A DNA stretch of 38,509 bases from the sequence record DRR723986_10911; one strand, 5' to 3'. Below, piece after piece: positions 26,830-36,463 of this stretch (positions are counted from its first letter, which is position 1; each line of letters begins with the position of its first letter). A program made the translations under genes and the position numbers. The notes below the pieces were generated by a model. That model did not search any database and had not been told where the DNA came from. It saw only the letters and a list, made by a program, of their open reading frames with translations.

Positions 26830-27453
26830 ATGAAAACCATCATCATTAGCAGCCGCAAAGGCGGGGCTGGGAAAACAACGCTTTCCTTGAATCTTTCTGC
26901 CTTGGCCAGCCAGCATGGCAAGAAGAAAGTGGCTTTGCTTGATTTGGATCCTCAGGGGTCCAGCCGCTTTTGGGATTCATTGCGTGAAGCCGATTATCCA
27001 GATGTACGAAAGGTGGGTTTCAATGACATTGTGATTGAGCTTTCCGAACTTGAAGAGGAGGGCTATGACTATGTGTTTATCGACATGCCTCCGACGGACA
27101 AGAAATGGGTGAAAGACGCCATGGAGCACGCAGACCTGGTGTTAATTCCCACCAAGGCTAGCCCGCTGGACATTCACAGTGCGAGCAGTACCCTGGAGTG
27201 GGCATCCGATGCCGGCAGCAAAGTGACTTGGGTCATCAACGGTGCTTCGGTGTTCAGCAGCACCCCTGAAATCGTCTTTGAGCAACTCAAGGCCACAGCC
27301 AAGATTTGTCGCACGATCGTGCACGAGCGAAACGACTTTGTGATCAGCGTTGGTTTGGGTAAATCGGTCAATGAGTTCGCGCCGAATTCCAAGGCTGCTG
27401 CTGAAATTGACAGTTTGTGGCGGGAAATCAAGGGCATGCTTGGCCGGGCCTGA
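26830..27453 (+). CDS. Short ParA family ATPase (orphan)
   Basis: SRKGGAGKTT, LDLDPQGS, IDMPP, DLVLIP, SKAAAEIDSLW. Confidence 0.9.
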   Translation: MKTIIISSRKGGAGKTTLSLNLSALASQHGKKKVALLDLDPQGSSRFWDSLREADYPDVRKVGFNDIVIELSELEEEGYDYVFIDMPPTDKKWVKDAMEHADLVLIPTKASPLDIHSASSTLEWASDAGSKVTWVINGASVFSSTPEIVFEQLKATAKICRTIVHERNDFVISVGLGKSVNEFAPNSKAAAEIDSLWREIKGMLGRA

Positions 27454-27510
27454 TCTCATGTTCTGAATCCGGGGCCTGCACCAAAACGGGCCATTTTTCC
27501 ATCGTGTTTC

Positions 27511-27526
27511 TGGCACCTTAATTGCT
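27511..27526 (+). promoter_or_regulatory. Sigma54 (-24/-12) promoter
   Basis: TGGCAC-CTTAA-TTGCT exactly matches TGGCAC-N5-TTGCW; intergenic, 32 nt before the ATG at 27559. Confidence 0.7.
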
Positions 27527-27558
27527 AAACAACTTCCAAATACCAAAGGGAGGGGGCA

Positions 27559-27969
27559 ATGACAACGGTGCTTATCGTCGATTCAAACAAAGACTCACGT
27601 TTGGCGCTAGAGGTTCAACTGGCCGCATCAAACCAGTTTGAGCGTGTTCTGTCCTGTTCAGGATTGCAGCTGGCTGAGAGTTCAATCCAGCAATATGAAG
27701 TAAAAGTCATGTTGATTGAGGCTGAACAGGCCAGTCAATCTCGTTTGTTACACCAAATCAAGGCGAACTATCCTGAACTGGGCGTGGTTTTAATCCAGGG
27801 CAAAACAGGTGTGGTCGACACCGCAACCCTGCTTGAGCTGGGCGCGCACGCACAAACCTCCAGGCTCGCCGCACCCATGGAAATAATCGCAAGTGTGGCC
27901 AAAGCACTGGTTGGACGTCTCAAACCCAGCAAGCGAATTCTCGGCAAGTTCCTCAAAGACGGTCAGTAA
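27559..27969 (+). CDS. Stand-alone atypical (NarL-like) receiver domain protein
   Basis: MTTVLIVD, YPELGVVLI, LLELGA...EIIASVAKALVG receiver pattern; the phospho-Asp position reads VMLIE; GGGAGG RBS. Confidence 0.7.
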   Translation: MTTVLIVDSNKDSRLALEVQLAASNQFERVLSCSGLQLAESSIQQYEVKVMLIEAEQASQSRLLHQIKANYPELGVVLIQGKTGVVDTATLLELGAHAQTSRLAAPMEIIASVAKALVGRLKPSKRILGKFLKDGQ

Positions 27970-28076
27970 AGCGGCATTGAAAAACGCGATCTGAATGCGG
28001 ATTTCCCGCCTGCTTTGGATATCAAATTGATCGCTTTTGATGCAAAATCAAGCTTGTTCGCCCTTGCAGCATTGAC

Positions 28077-29567
28077 ATGTCCATACATTTTTCCAGGTCT
28101 AATACAGCGTCGCCCCGCCAGCGCGGAGCCATGACCATCCTCACGGTGTTCATCATGTTGATGACCGTGGGCGCTCTGGCCGTCCTGGGTTTGGGGCAGG
28201 TGGTTTGGGAAAGGGAAGAGGTGCAGCGAATCGCTGACCTGGCCGCCAAAGCCGCCGCCAGCGATATTGGCAACGCCCCCCAGGGATTCACCGCAGCGGT
28301 GGACTACGCAAGGCGCAACGGCCTTGATGACACCACTGACAGTATCTCGATTAACTGCAATGTACGTGGTACCGACACATTGCTGCCCCCCAATGCCTGT
28401 GATCGTTCCGTGCTGGTGCGCTTGGTGCGCAATGTGCCAGCTGCTTTTTTGGGCACCGAGCCTGTGGTGGCTGTGGCTGAAGCGACCGTCACGCCCGTGG
28501 TCTCGGGTCTGGTAGGTACCAACTTGCTGGCCTTGAATTTGAACGGCTCTGGCTTGTCCCCCTTGATGAGTGCCATCGGTACCGAGTTGCGTCTGAATTT
28601 GCTGGGATTTCAAGGTCTGTTGGCGTCGAACGCCCAAGTTGACTTGTTGGAGTTGGGTGTTGAATTGGGTGTGTTTGGAACCGGCGATCAACTCGACATG
28701 GCACGTTTGCTCAATACCGAGGTTACTGCTGCTCGCCTGTTGGATGCGGCACTGAGTGTTGCGGGACCAGAAGCGCCTGTCATTGCCATACCTGGCAATG
28801 GTCCTGCCGACACAGTCGATTTTTTGCTCGGTGAAATATTGTCTGCGGACACCAGTGGGGATTCCGAATTTGCTGGCGCATCGGTTCGATTGGGTAATTT
28901 GGCGTTCGCCTCCAGCTTTGCTGCAGCAAGCGGGGTGGGGGGCAATGGTATTCGACTTAATTTGGGCAATACCCTGAATGTTTCCGTACTGAGCCCGCCT
29001 CAATTGTTTGTGGCCACCAAACGAAACACGGATGGGCGAGTAATCGCTACGGCACGCACTGAGCAGGTCGCAGTGTCAAGCAGGATCGGTGTCCTTGATT
29101 TGACCTTGACCGCGGGGGGTGGCTCCGTGGACATCAAAGACATTGATTGCCGATTGCCCCAATCCGACTCATCGGTTGCGGTTGACCTTGATTCCACTCC
29201 GATAGCCGCTGCGCTGCGTTTGCCCTCTTTGCCGTCCATAGGACGCCGCACAATTGATGCGAATGTGGGCAGTGGCAGTGCGAATGACGTGCCGATGGTG
29301 GGTTATCCCGACCCCGTTGTCACGACCTCATACAGCTTTGAAGCCTCGCAGGGTGTGGGCAATTTGTTGACGAATTTGAATACTGGTGTCAATGCACTCA
29401 ACGGCATACTGACTGTCTTGGCAACCAACCCGGTTTTGCGGGCGGGTTTGAACTCGTTGGGTAGCAGTCTTGATCAAATTCTGGAAGTGTTAGGCTTGGA
29501 AGCCAATGAAGTTTATGTTCAAGTTGACAACATGGATTGCTTCAACACTGCCGTGCTCACCCGTTGA
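28077..29567 (+). CDS. TadG-like pilus assembly protein
   Basis: RQRG|AMTIL...TM...EVQRIADLAAKAAA N-terminus and ATARTEQV motif typical of Tad/TadG-related membrane proteins. Confidence 0.8.
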   Translation: MSIHFSRSNTASPRQRGAMTILTVFIMLMTVGALAVLGLGQVVWEREEVQRIADLAAKAAASDIGNAPQGFTAAVDYARRNGLDDTTDSISINCNVRGTDTLLPPNACDRSVLVRLVRNVPAAFLGTEPVVAVAEATVTPVVSGLVGTNLLALNLNGSGLSPLMSAIGTELRLNLLGFQGLLASNAQVDLLELGVELGVFGTGDQLDMARLLNTEVTAARLLDAALSVAGPEAPVIAIPGNGPADTVDFLLGEILSADTSGDSEFAGASVRLGNLAFASSFAAASGVGGNGIRLNLGNTLNVSVLSPPQLFVATKRNTDGRVIATARTEQVAVSSRIGVLDLTLTAGGGSVDIKDIDCRLPQSDSSVAVDLDSTPIAAALRLPSLPSIGRRTIDANVGSGSANDVPMVGYPDPVVTTSYSFEASQGVGNLLTNLNTGVNALNGILTVLATNPVLRAGLNSLGSSLDQILEVLGLEANEVYVQVDNMDCFNTAVLTR

Positions 29568-29606
29568 GTTAAACTTCCCCTACATCAATCACAGCAGGGG
29601 ACACAC

Positions 29607-29873
29607 ATGGGCGAACAACGAGTTTGGTATGGGCTTCAGGCAGGTCTTGTGGCTTTCTGGTTAATCGTTCCACTCGTCGGGCTGCTGGGTTTTCATGTCC
29701 CGTTTCTCACTATATTCGCGGCCATTATTTTGTTGGCACATGTGCTTGAAATTCCATTGGCCATCAATCGTTTGCGCGCCCTCCATCTTCCCGTCGGCAA
29801 GGTGATTCTGAAAACCCTGGTGTTTGGTTTCACCTGGTGGCTACCTTTAAGCAAAGGCTACACCCGGGAATAA
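29607..29873 (+). CDS. Small membrane protein (DUF1145-like)
   Basis: Hydrophobic 88 aa; LLAHVLEI and TLVFGFTWW motifs; AGGGG RBS. Confidence 0.65.
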   Translation: MGEQRVWYGLQAGLVAFWLIVPLVGLLGFHVPFLTIFAAIILLAHVLEIPLAINRLRALHLPVGKVILKTLVFGFTWWLPLSKGYTRE

Positions 29874-29903
29874 GCGAGGTGTCACAGGCCGGTCATTGAG
29901 GCT

Positions 29904-30365
29904 TTATTTCAAGCGTATCACCTTCAAACCCTCGGGCAGTTTTGGCTTGCTGCCCGGTGGAACCCAAACGTAGCCGATTCCATCTGGCTGCTCTTTGAGT
30001 TTGGCAAACAGTTCTTCCTTGCTTTCCACCTCGGCGGGTGGCGTGCCTTGACCTGAATATCGGCGGACATGCCAGTAACCGGTGTAGTCCAGTTCGTTCA
30101 AATTCATGATGCGTTGCAAAAACTCATCTCGATCAGTGGTGCCCGGGGCTGTATTCAGCGGAGTAAGTCGATGGCCATTTACCTGGCTCAAACGGCCTTT
30201 GTAAATACTGCGCAGTTCACGAATGGCAATCTCATTCACCGGGTGGTTTGCAGACGACACGACGTACACTTCCGCTGAGGCGGCGCCAACCACCCCCAGC
30301 ATCAAATACAAACCGATGGATGCCGCAGCTTTTACAAAGCTGGTGGTGCGCACGATCATGGCCAC
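29904..30365 (-). CDS. Small periplasmic protein (phosphate-ABC substrate-binding-like single domain)
   Basis: Signal peptide ..ASA|EVYVV, ELRSIYKGR, YW...YSGQGTPP, GIGYV; overlaps the porin gene end. Confidence 0.75.
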   Translation of the reverse strand: MAMIVRTTSFVKAAASIGLYLMLGVVGAASAEVYVVSSANHPVNEIAIRELRSIYKGRLSQVNGHRLTPLNTAPGTTDRDEFLQRIMNLNELDYTGYWHVRRYSGQGTPPAEVESKEELFAKLKEQPDGIGYVWVPPGSKPKLPEGLKVIRLK

Positions 30366-31504
30366 ACCCAGTTATAAGACACGCTCAAGAAATTGAACGT
30401 GGTGTTCGGGATTCGGTTGTCGGACAGTTGGGGGCGATTGCTTTTCTCGACCACATGCTGCAATTCAAGCTTGATGGAGTCGGACGGGCTAAGGTTGTAC
30501 TTTCCACCCACTGCAAACGAATACTGATCGTCAAATTCGGAGATAAAGCGGCCGTAGCTGCCATACACCGCGTGCTTTTCAAACACTTTGCGGATCAACA
30601 GGATGTTCGCGCCATGTTCTTCAAATTTCGGGGCAGACTGCGTAATTCTTGGAAGTCCGCTACCCGTGATAATCCCGCTTTGAGACGTGGCGATTTCTGT
30701 CTGGCTCAGCTCACCGCGCAGTGAGTACAGATCCCACCGATATTCAGCTCCGATATTGGTGAACCTTGCATTTGCGTCAAGGCGTCCATCTGTCAGTTGA
30801 ATGCCGTTAACTTGCGTGAGAACCCGGTCAACCTCAGCGCCGTGATGGGCAATCTGAATACGGTAACGATCACCTTGAACACTTAGAATCAAGCCGCCAA
30901 TTTCAAATGAATTCAGAGGGAAGTCTTGGTTAAATCCGGACAGTCGTTGAACAATATCCCTATTGCCGGTGATTGCTTGTACGCCCCAGTATCTTCCGCT
31001 CGAATCTTCAAAGTTGTAGTTGGCCGAGAAGCCGTCAACAGACAGTACCCCAGCGTTGAAGTAAACCTCAGGGTTCAAGTTGGCTGGGACATAGGTGTGG
31101 CCAACATCCAGGTTCTCGGAATCTAGGTAATAATTTAATCGTTGACGCCCCAGTTTGAAGTGCCAGTTGTCGTTGGGTTTGAATTTCAAGAACGCCCAAC
31201 GGTTGTCAAATTCGACACCTTCGTCTCGTCTCTGCTTGGGTGCAACAACATATTGCACCGTGGCGCTGATCTCATCTGACAGCTGTACATCCAGCTGTGC
31301 ACCCAAAATCGAGTTGACTTTGAAGGTGCCGTCTTCATCAACGAAGCGCAGGTACTTGCGTTCGTTGTCGCCCTGCGTGTATTGAACAGTGCCGAACCCG
31401 CTGAGCGAATAGTCCACTGCCATGGCTGGCCCGTGGGCGAGCGCAAGCCCCATCGCAAGCGCGGCGGCTTTCAGCAATTGGTGCAAAGTGAGGACAGGGT
31501 TCAA
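30356..31504 (-). CDS. Putative porin / outer-membrane beta-barrel
   Basis: Signal peptide AMA|VDYSLSGFGT, SILGAQLD, WAFLKF...KLGRQRL, C-terminal FLSVSYNWVWP. Confidence 0.8.
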   Translation of the reverse strand: MNPVLTLHQLLKAAALAMGLALAHGPAMAVDYSLSGFGTVQYTQGDNERKYLRFVDEDGTFKVNSILGAQLDVQLSDEISATVQYVVAPKQRRDEGVEFDNRWAFLKFKPNDNWHFKLGRQRLNYYLDSENLDVGHTYVPANLNPEVYFNAGVLSVDGFSANYNFEDSSGRYWGVQAITGNRDIVQRLSGFNQDFPLNSFEIGGLILSVQGDRYRIQIAHHGAEVDRVLTQVNGIQLTDGRLDANARFTNIGAEYRWDLYSLRGELSQTEIATSQSGIITGSGLPRITQSAPKFEEHGANILLIRKVFEKHAVYGSYGRFISEFDDQYSFAVGGKYNLSPSDSIKLELQHVVEKSNRPQLSDNRIPNTTFNFLSVSYNWVWP

Positions 31505-31545
31505 AAGCAGGCTCGGTACATATTATTTTTAGAGTGCGCCCATTA

Positions 31546-33933
31546 TCAGGCGCTTGACGGTCTGAAAACAATCAAAGACCAAGGTGTTCCAGTCTCTTTG
31601 TCGACAAAAGGCGACACCAATATTTCGCAGGGTACATGTGCGCCGGCGTCTGTTTCATAGCGTGTTGTAATCGTTAGCTTCTCACGTTTTAGCAGGTAAA
31701 CCAGCAATTTGCGGAAATCGCGCAAAGGCAAACGGTCTGCAATCAAGGGGTAAGGATTGCGGCCCAGCCATTTAGACACCGCCTGTCCAGTCACATTTTC
31801 AAAGGCCGAGTTCAGATAAATACACTGAAAGGTTGTGGCGTTGCTACCCAGGTCATTGGTCACCATGATCACTTCATTGATCTGCTCAATTGCAGATCCC
31901 ACCATGAACAAGTCCCGATACATTGCCTTGCGCTGAGTAATGTCTCTCAGCAGAATGGTGAGCCCATCTTCCCGGGACAAAAACTTGAATCTCAGCCAGC
32001 GATCTGTTTTGGGGTTAAAAAACTCATAGTCTGTAGCAGTGCCTTCCCGTCGAAGTGTGGCCTGGCGTTTGCGAAGCTCTTGAGTGTCCAGTTCGGGTAG
32101 GACATCGGAAATTGCTGCCTGGTGAATGAAAGGATCCCGGCCCAGAATCAAATGCCGCGCTTTGGCGTCAATTGCCTCAATCTGCAGGGCTTCATCCAGT
32201 TCAAGCGTGCCATCGGTCAGGGCGTTCAGCACCTGGTTGAGTTCGGCGCTTTTTCGGGACAATTCTTGAGCCAGATGTTTGGTATGAGTAATGTCTTCGA
32301 CGGCACCGTACAAGCCGCTACTGCTTCCCAGCCCGTTACTGATTGGTTGAAAACTGAAGCGAAACCAGCGGTGACCGGAAAGCCCGTCGAAATCCACTTC
32401 GCATTCAACGCTGGTGGCCTGTCGATTGTTGATGCATTCGATCAGGGTGGATGCCATGTTTTTTCCGGTTAATCGGGTCAACAATTCCGTCAGTTCAAAA
32501 ATACTGCCCAAGGGCAATTCACGGGCTTTACAGATCGCCTTAAATTGATCGCTGACTTTGAGTAAACCGCTGTCGACATGATAAAACCAGGTGCCAAGAC
32601 CACCCAGTTTTTCGGTGATGCCCAACAGGGTTTGGTCAAACAGATTACGGTCAACCATGGTCGATTCATTCACCATTTTGGTGTACTGGAGTACCAGGGC
32701 TTTTCGGCTGTTTTCAATGCCTGTTGCAGGGCGCTCGATCACAAATCGCGTCCATATTGGCTTGCTGTCGGGTAGCCTGATTCTGGCAAATGCTTTCTTC
32801 TTCAGGCGCGTGCCCAGTACCGTTTCCATTTCCCGAATAAACTGGTCTCTGTCTTCTTCGTATATGAATTCGAGAACGGAGGGGTTGTCCTTTACCTTGT
32901 GAAGTTCAGTGTCATCGACCTGTCCCAGTTGTACCAGTTTGAAATTCAAATCCAGCACAAATTTTCCGCGGGTTGATTCGGCCAGAAAACTCAGGGTATT
33001 TGTTTTCAGGGTGTCCAAGGGGTTCGGGCGGCTTTGCACTGCTGTTCTTGGGAGTTGCGCCGAGGTGGCTACGTTTTGCAGCAGCCCCACTGCCAATGCT
33101 TCACCCGCTTCTTCCGGGGTTTTGTAGGTGCGTTCTTTCAGGGTAAGCAAGCGGCCATTGTGCAACTGGATTTGATATTGAAATACCTTGCCATCACCGA
33201 GTTCTCTGGCCAGTTCTACATCGTGCCGGTGCTCTCTCACAATCAGGCTGTTGAACCAGGCCCAACTCACCTTTGGGCTTTGGCTTAAGCAAAGCCAATC
33301 TTCCAGGTTGGGTGAGAGCGCAACAAAACTCTCGTCACCGTGTCGTCGCCAGCTTGCATAGGCCTGTTCATGGACAGCAAAGTCGCTTCGGTGTCCACTT
33401 TGAAAAATTGGCGCTCTCGAATTAGTGTGCAGTGTTTGCTGCTGCCGGTTGCTTAGTGTGACCTCCGCCAAAGCAGCCATTGATTTCGCCATTTTGATTT
33501 CAGCACTGCTCCAGTTTCGGGGGCTGGTGTCGATCAGACAGAACGAGCCCACTCTGGCACCTGTGGGCGTTTTGATGGGCACACCCAGATAGGCACGAAT
33601 CCACGGAGATCCGGTGACCAAGGGGCTGTCTTTCACCCGGTCATCCTGAGTGCAGTCCGCGATGACCATGGGCTCATCTTTCTTGATTGTGTGGGTACAA
33701 ATGGAGATATCGCGCGGGGTTTCATCTGCGTGCAGGCTGTTAAAGCCGCGACGGGCCTTGAACCATTGCCGGTCCGAATCTACAAATGAAACAATGCAAC
33801 TTGAGCAATTGAAAGCAGACACACCCAAATCAACCACTGCCTCAAACCCTTCTTCGGGTTGAGTGTCCAGAATCGCAAGTTGATACAACTCGGCCAATCT
33901 TAAAGCCTCGGCCACCTCATTGGGCTTGGTCAT
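31546..33933 (-). CDS. GAF and multi-PAS domain sensor protein with no output domain
   Basis: EALRLAELYQLAILDTQPEEGFE...VSFVDSDRQWFKA...PRDISICTHTI...SPLVTG.PWIRAYLGVP...GSFCLID GAF, followed by several PAS-like segments. Start set at ATG 33933 because the longer ORF runs into the tRNA. Confidence 0.85.
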   Translation of the reverse strand: MTKPNEVAEALRLAELYQLAILDTQPEEGFEAVVDLGVSAFNCSSCIVSFVDSDRQWFKARRGFNSLHADETPRDISICTHTIKKDEPMVIADCTQDDRVKDSPLVTGSPWIRAYLGVPIKTPTGARVGSFCLIDTSPRNWSSAEIKMAKSMAALAEVTLSNRQQQTLHTNSRAPIFQSGHRSDFAVHEQAYASWRRHGDESFVALSPNLEDWLCLSQSPKVSWAWFNSLIVREHRHDVELARELGDGKVFQYQIQLHNGRLLTLKERTYKTPEEAGEALAVGLLQNVATSAQLPRTAVQSRPNPLDTLKTNTLSFLAESTRGKFVLDLNFKLVQLGQVDDTELHKVKDNPSVLEFIYEEDRDQFIREMETVLGTRLKKKAFARIRLPDSKPIWTRFVIERPATGIENSRKALVLQYTKMVNESTMVDRNLFDQTLLGITEKLGGLGTWFYHVDSGLLKVSDQFKAICKARELPLGSIFELTELLTRLTGKNMASTLIECINNRQATSVECEVDFDGLSGHRWFRFSFQPISNGLGSSSGLYGAVEDITHTKHLAQELSRKSAELNQVLNALTDGTLELDEALQIEAIDAKARHLILGRDPFIHQAAISDVLPELDTQELRKRQATLRREGTATDYEFFNPKTDRWLRFKFLSREDGLTILLRDITQRKAMYRDLFMVGSAIEQINEVIMVTNDLGSNATTFQCIYLNSAFENVTGQAVSKWLGRNPYPLIADRLPLRDFRKLLVYLLKREKLTITTRYETDAGAHVPCEILVSPFVDKETGTPWSLIVFRPSSA

Positions 33934-34099
33934 CGATTCATGTGTGCAAAGTGTGGCGTTGCGAAGCAGGGCGTGGCGCCAATCTTGAGTTATTTGTTGT
34001 AGATCAAGTGTATCAGCTAATCCAAGCGCTGAAATATGCTCAAGGAAATCAATAGGGGGCTCCCCTTTTTGAATGCACCGGGCGGTACAAGGGGCAGGG

Positions 34100-34175
34100 T
34101 GGTGGCCGAGGACAGAATCGAACTGCCGACACAAGGATTTTCAATCCTCTGCTCTACCGACTGAGCTACTCGGCC
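34100..34175 (-). tRNA. tRNA-Phe (GAA)
   Basis: Reverse complement GGCCGAGTAGCTCAGTCGGTAGAGCAGAGGATTGAAAATCCTTGTGTCGGCAGTTCGATTCTGTCCTCGGCCACCA: 76 nt, cloverleaf, GAA anticodon, encoded CCA. Confidence 0.98.
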
Positions 34176-34312
34176 ACGCGTTTTCGGTGGTGTTCACTAC
34201 CGAAGCCCGCAAGTTTATCCGAAACTTTGACGTTGCGCAAACAACAAATGCAAAATCGCTGTAGCATGTTCAATAATTCACAAAGCCAGTCGTTCATCGA
34301 CCCTCAGTCATC

Positions 34313-35548
34313 ATGAGCAATCTAACAAGCCTGCAGCCTCAGCAAACGCCAAGCTACGATGTGGCCATCATCGGTTGCGGTGTCGTGGGCTTGGTGGCTT
34401 CTCTGGTGTTGGCCAGTTCAGGTTTCAAAGTTCTGGTGGTCGGGGCTCGACCACCCCAGTTTCAGTCCAATCCCGATCAACGGTTTGACCCACGGGTGTT
34501 CGCCTTGTCGCATCGCAGCCAACGTGTGCTCGACCGGTTGAGGGTATGGGACAACATCCCAAGCGAGAAAGTGCAGCCTGTCACCGAAATGCAGGTCTGG
34601 GGCGATTCCAGCGGCGATTCACAAGGCCATTTGCGCTTCAATGCCAGCGATACTGGGGTTGATTACCTCACTTGGATCATCGAGCAAAGTTGCCTTTTCG
34701 ATGTGTTGTTCTCCGCCATGCGTTATCAGCCGGGCATTGACTGGCTTGATGCCCGGGTTGAAGGGCTTTCCCGCGAAAAAGAGGGATGGGCGGTGGTAAC
34801 CAACTTGAAAACTGTACGTGTGCCGCTGCTGATCGCGGCAGACGGCGCACAAAGTCAAACGCGCAAGCAGGCCGGGCTGGATTTTGCGTTGGATGACTAC
34901 AGCGCCGAAGGGGTCGTCACTACCTTCGCAATTGAAAAGCCCCACCATGGCGCTGCACGCCAATGGTTCGCCGGCGAATCGGTTTTGGCGATGCTGCCTT
35001 TACCGGGCCCACATGTATCCATGGTGTGGTCGATGCCTTTGTCCCAGTCACAGGCCTTGTTGCAACGGAGCCCCCTGGACATGGTGAAGCAGGTACAGTC
35101 CCTCTCCGGTGGCGCGGTCCATGAACTCTACGGCGATTTGGTGCCAGTGGGTAAAACTTATGCATTTCCGCTCAAACATGGCGTGGCGCCGGTGTGGTTC
35201 GACAATGGCGTGGTGTTGATGGGAGATGCCGCGCACGTGATTCACCCCCTGGCGGGTCAAGGCCTGAACCTCGGGCTTGAAGACGCTGCCGAGTTGGCCA
35301 ATTTACTCACCTCCCGCAAGCGCCTGTTGGCTGTTCAGCGTTTGGGTCTGGCCGACGAGCAATTGTGGCGCGCCTGGGAGCGTCGTCGCAAAGCGGCGTG
35401 CACTCCGGTGCACTTTCTCACCGATGGCCTGCACACGCTATTCAGGCTTGATTTGCCGGGAGCCGCTTGGATTCGCAACAAAGGCATGCATGTTGTCAAC
35501 CAATTACCAATGCTCAAGCGTTGGTTGTCCCAACAAGCCATGCGCTAG
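34313..35548 (+). CDS. UbiH/UbiF/VisC family FAD-dependent monooxygenase (ubiquinone biosynthesis)
   Basis: DVAIIGCGVVG, FDPRVFALS, LLIAADGAQS, GDAAHVIHPLAGQGLNLGLED. Confidence 0.92.
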   Translation: MSNLTSLQPQQTPSYDVAIIGCGVVGLVASLVLASSGFKVLVVGARPPQFQSNPDQRFDPRVFALSHRSQRVLDRLRVWDNIPSEKVQPVTEMQVWGDSSGDSQGHLRFNASDTGVDYLTWIIEQSCLFDVLFSAMRYQPGIDWLDARVEGLSREKEGWAVVTNLKTVRVPLLIAADGAQSQTRKQAGLDFALDDYSAEGVVTTFAIEKPHHGAARQWFAGESVLAMLPLPGPHVSMVWSMPLSQSQALLQRSPLDMVKQVQSLSGGAVHELYGDLVPVGKTYAFPLKHGVAPVWFDNGVVLMGDAAHVIHPLAGQGLNLGLEDAAELANLLTSRKRLLAVQRLGLADEQLWRAWERRRKAACTPVHFLTDGLHTLFRLDLPGAAWIRNKGMHVVNQLPMLKRWLSQQAMR

Positions 35549-35634
35549 CTGCAACTGAAAAGTCCTGGCGCAATGAACAAATTGCCTTCGGGCGTGTCCT
35601 AATTACAATTCATCATTTTTACCCAAGCAGGCCT

Positions 35635-36444
35635 ATGAAATTCAATCTACCATCGTCCCTTCGCAAGCGCAGCACTGCTGTAGTTTTTTCTGTTATTGCC
35701 TTGTCGGCGGGTGCATGGGCCCTGTCCCAATCGGTTCAGCCAGCGCAGGCAGCGGCGAGCAAGTCGCAAGTTGAGCGAATTACTGCGGCTGTGAATGAAT
35801 CGTTGGGGGCCTCTGGTGTCAAGGTGATATCGGTCAGCGACATCGAGTTTATCGATGGTTTGTTTGAGGTGGTGGTGACTCACAATGGCACCAAGAAAAT
35901 CATATACACCAATGCCAGTGGCAGCCATCTTATCTTGGGCGAACTCATGGAAAGCAAATCCATGGCCAATTTGACCGAAGCCCGGCTGGACAAGCTCAAT
36001 GCCATTAATTTCGAGAAAGACCTGCCTTTGGGTCTGGCTTTGAAAACCGTTTACGGAACAGGTAGCCGGAAAATCGCCGTGTTCGAAGATCCCAATTGCG
36101 GTTACTGCAAACGTTTTCGCAAGGAAACTTTGACGAAATTGCAGGACACCACGGTCTACACCTATGTGTATCCAGTGCTGGGTCGTGATTCTATCGACAA
36201 AGCTCAAAAAGTCATGTGTGCAAGCGACAAATCCAAGATGTGGGATGACTGGATGCTCAAAGACCAATCTCCAACAGGAAACGGCAACTGTAATCCCCCC
36301 ATTGAAGAGCTGGTAAGTTTGGGTCGCGGCATGGGTGTATCGGGTACGCCCACTGTGTTTTTTCAAGATGGCACCCGTGTAAGTGGCGCCATCCCCTCTG
36401 CTGACTTGAATCGCCGCATTGCAGCGGCTTCAAGGGCCAAATAA
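35635..36444 (+). CDS. dsbC: Thiol:disulfide interchange protein DsbC
   Basis: Signal peptide from ATG 35635, GLFEV, VFEDPNCGYCKR (CGYC), GVSGTPTVFF.DG.RVSGA. Confidence 0.92.
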   Translation: MKFNLPSSLRKRSTAVVFSVIALSAGAWALSQSVQPAQAAASKSQVERITAAVNESLGASGVKVISVSDIEFIDGLFEVVVTHNGTKKIIYTNASGSHLILGELMESKSMANLTEARLDKLNAINFEKDLPLGLALKTVYGTGSRKIAVFEDPNCGYCKRFRKETLTKLQDTTVYTYVYPVLGRDSIDKAQKVMCASDKSKMWDDWMLKDQSPTGNGNCNPPIEELVSLGRGMGVSGTPTVFFQDGTRVSGAIPSADLNRRIAAASRAK

Positions 36445-36463
36445 ATTACACGGCCCCCAGAGC

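Noticed and set aside
28037-28051. TTGAT...ATCAA as an FNR box upstream of the TadG-like gene
   Set aside because: Spacer is 5 nt, not the required 4.
11711-29003. Long opposite-strand ORFs (e.g. 11711-12697, 12704-13606, 18377-19492, 20513-21367, 27963-29003)
   Set aside because: They shadow well-supported genes, lack motifs, and are expected antisense artefacts of codon bias.
31546-31900. Last PAS domain as a LOV photoreceptor
   Set aside because: It reads GRNPYPL, without the GxNCRFLQ cysteine motif.
33934-34134. 67-aa N-terminal extension of the GAF-PAS ORF
   Set aside because: It starts inside the tRNA gene and has no domain character; GAF-type sequence begins at ATG 33933.
34021-34175. 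tRNA-Phe as an island integration site
   Set aside because: No integrase next to it, and I saw no second copy of the tRNA 3' end in the window (checked by eye only).
35467-35634. Upstream extension of the DsbC ORF
   Set aside because: It overlaps the ubi gene end; the signal peptide starts at ATG 35635.
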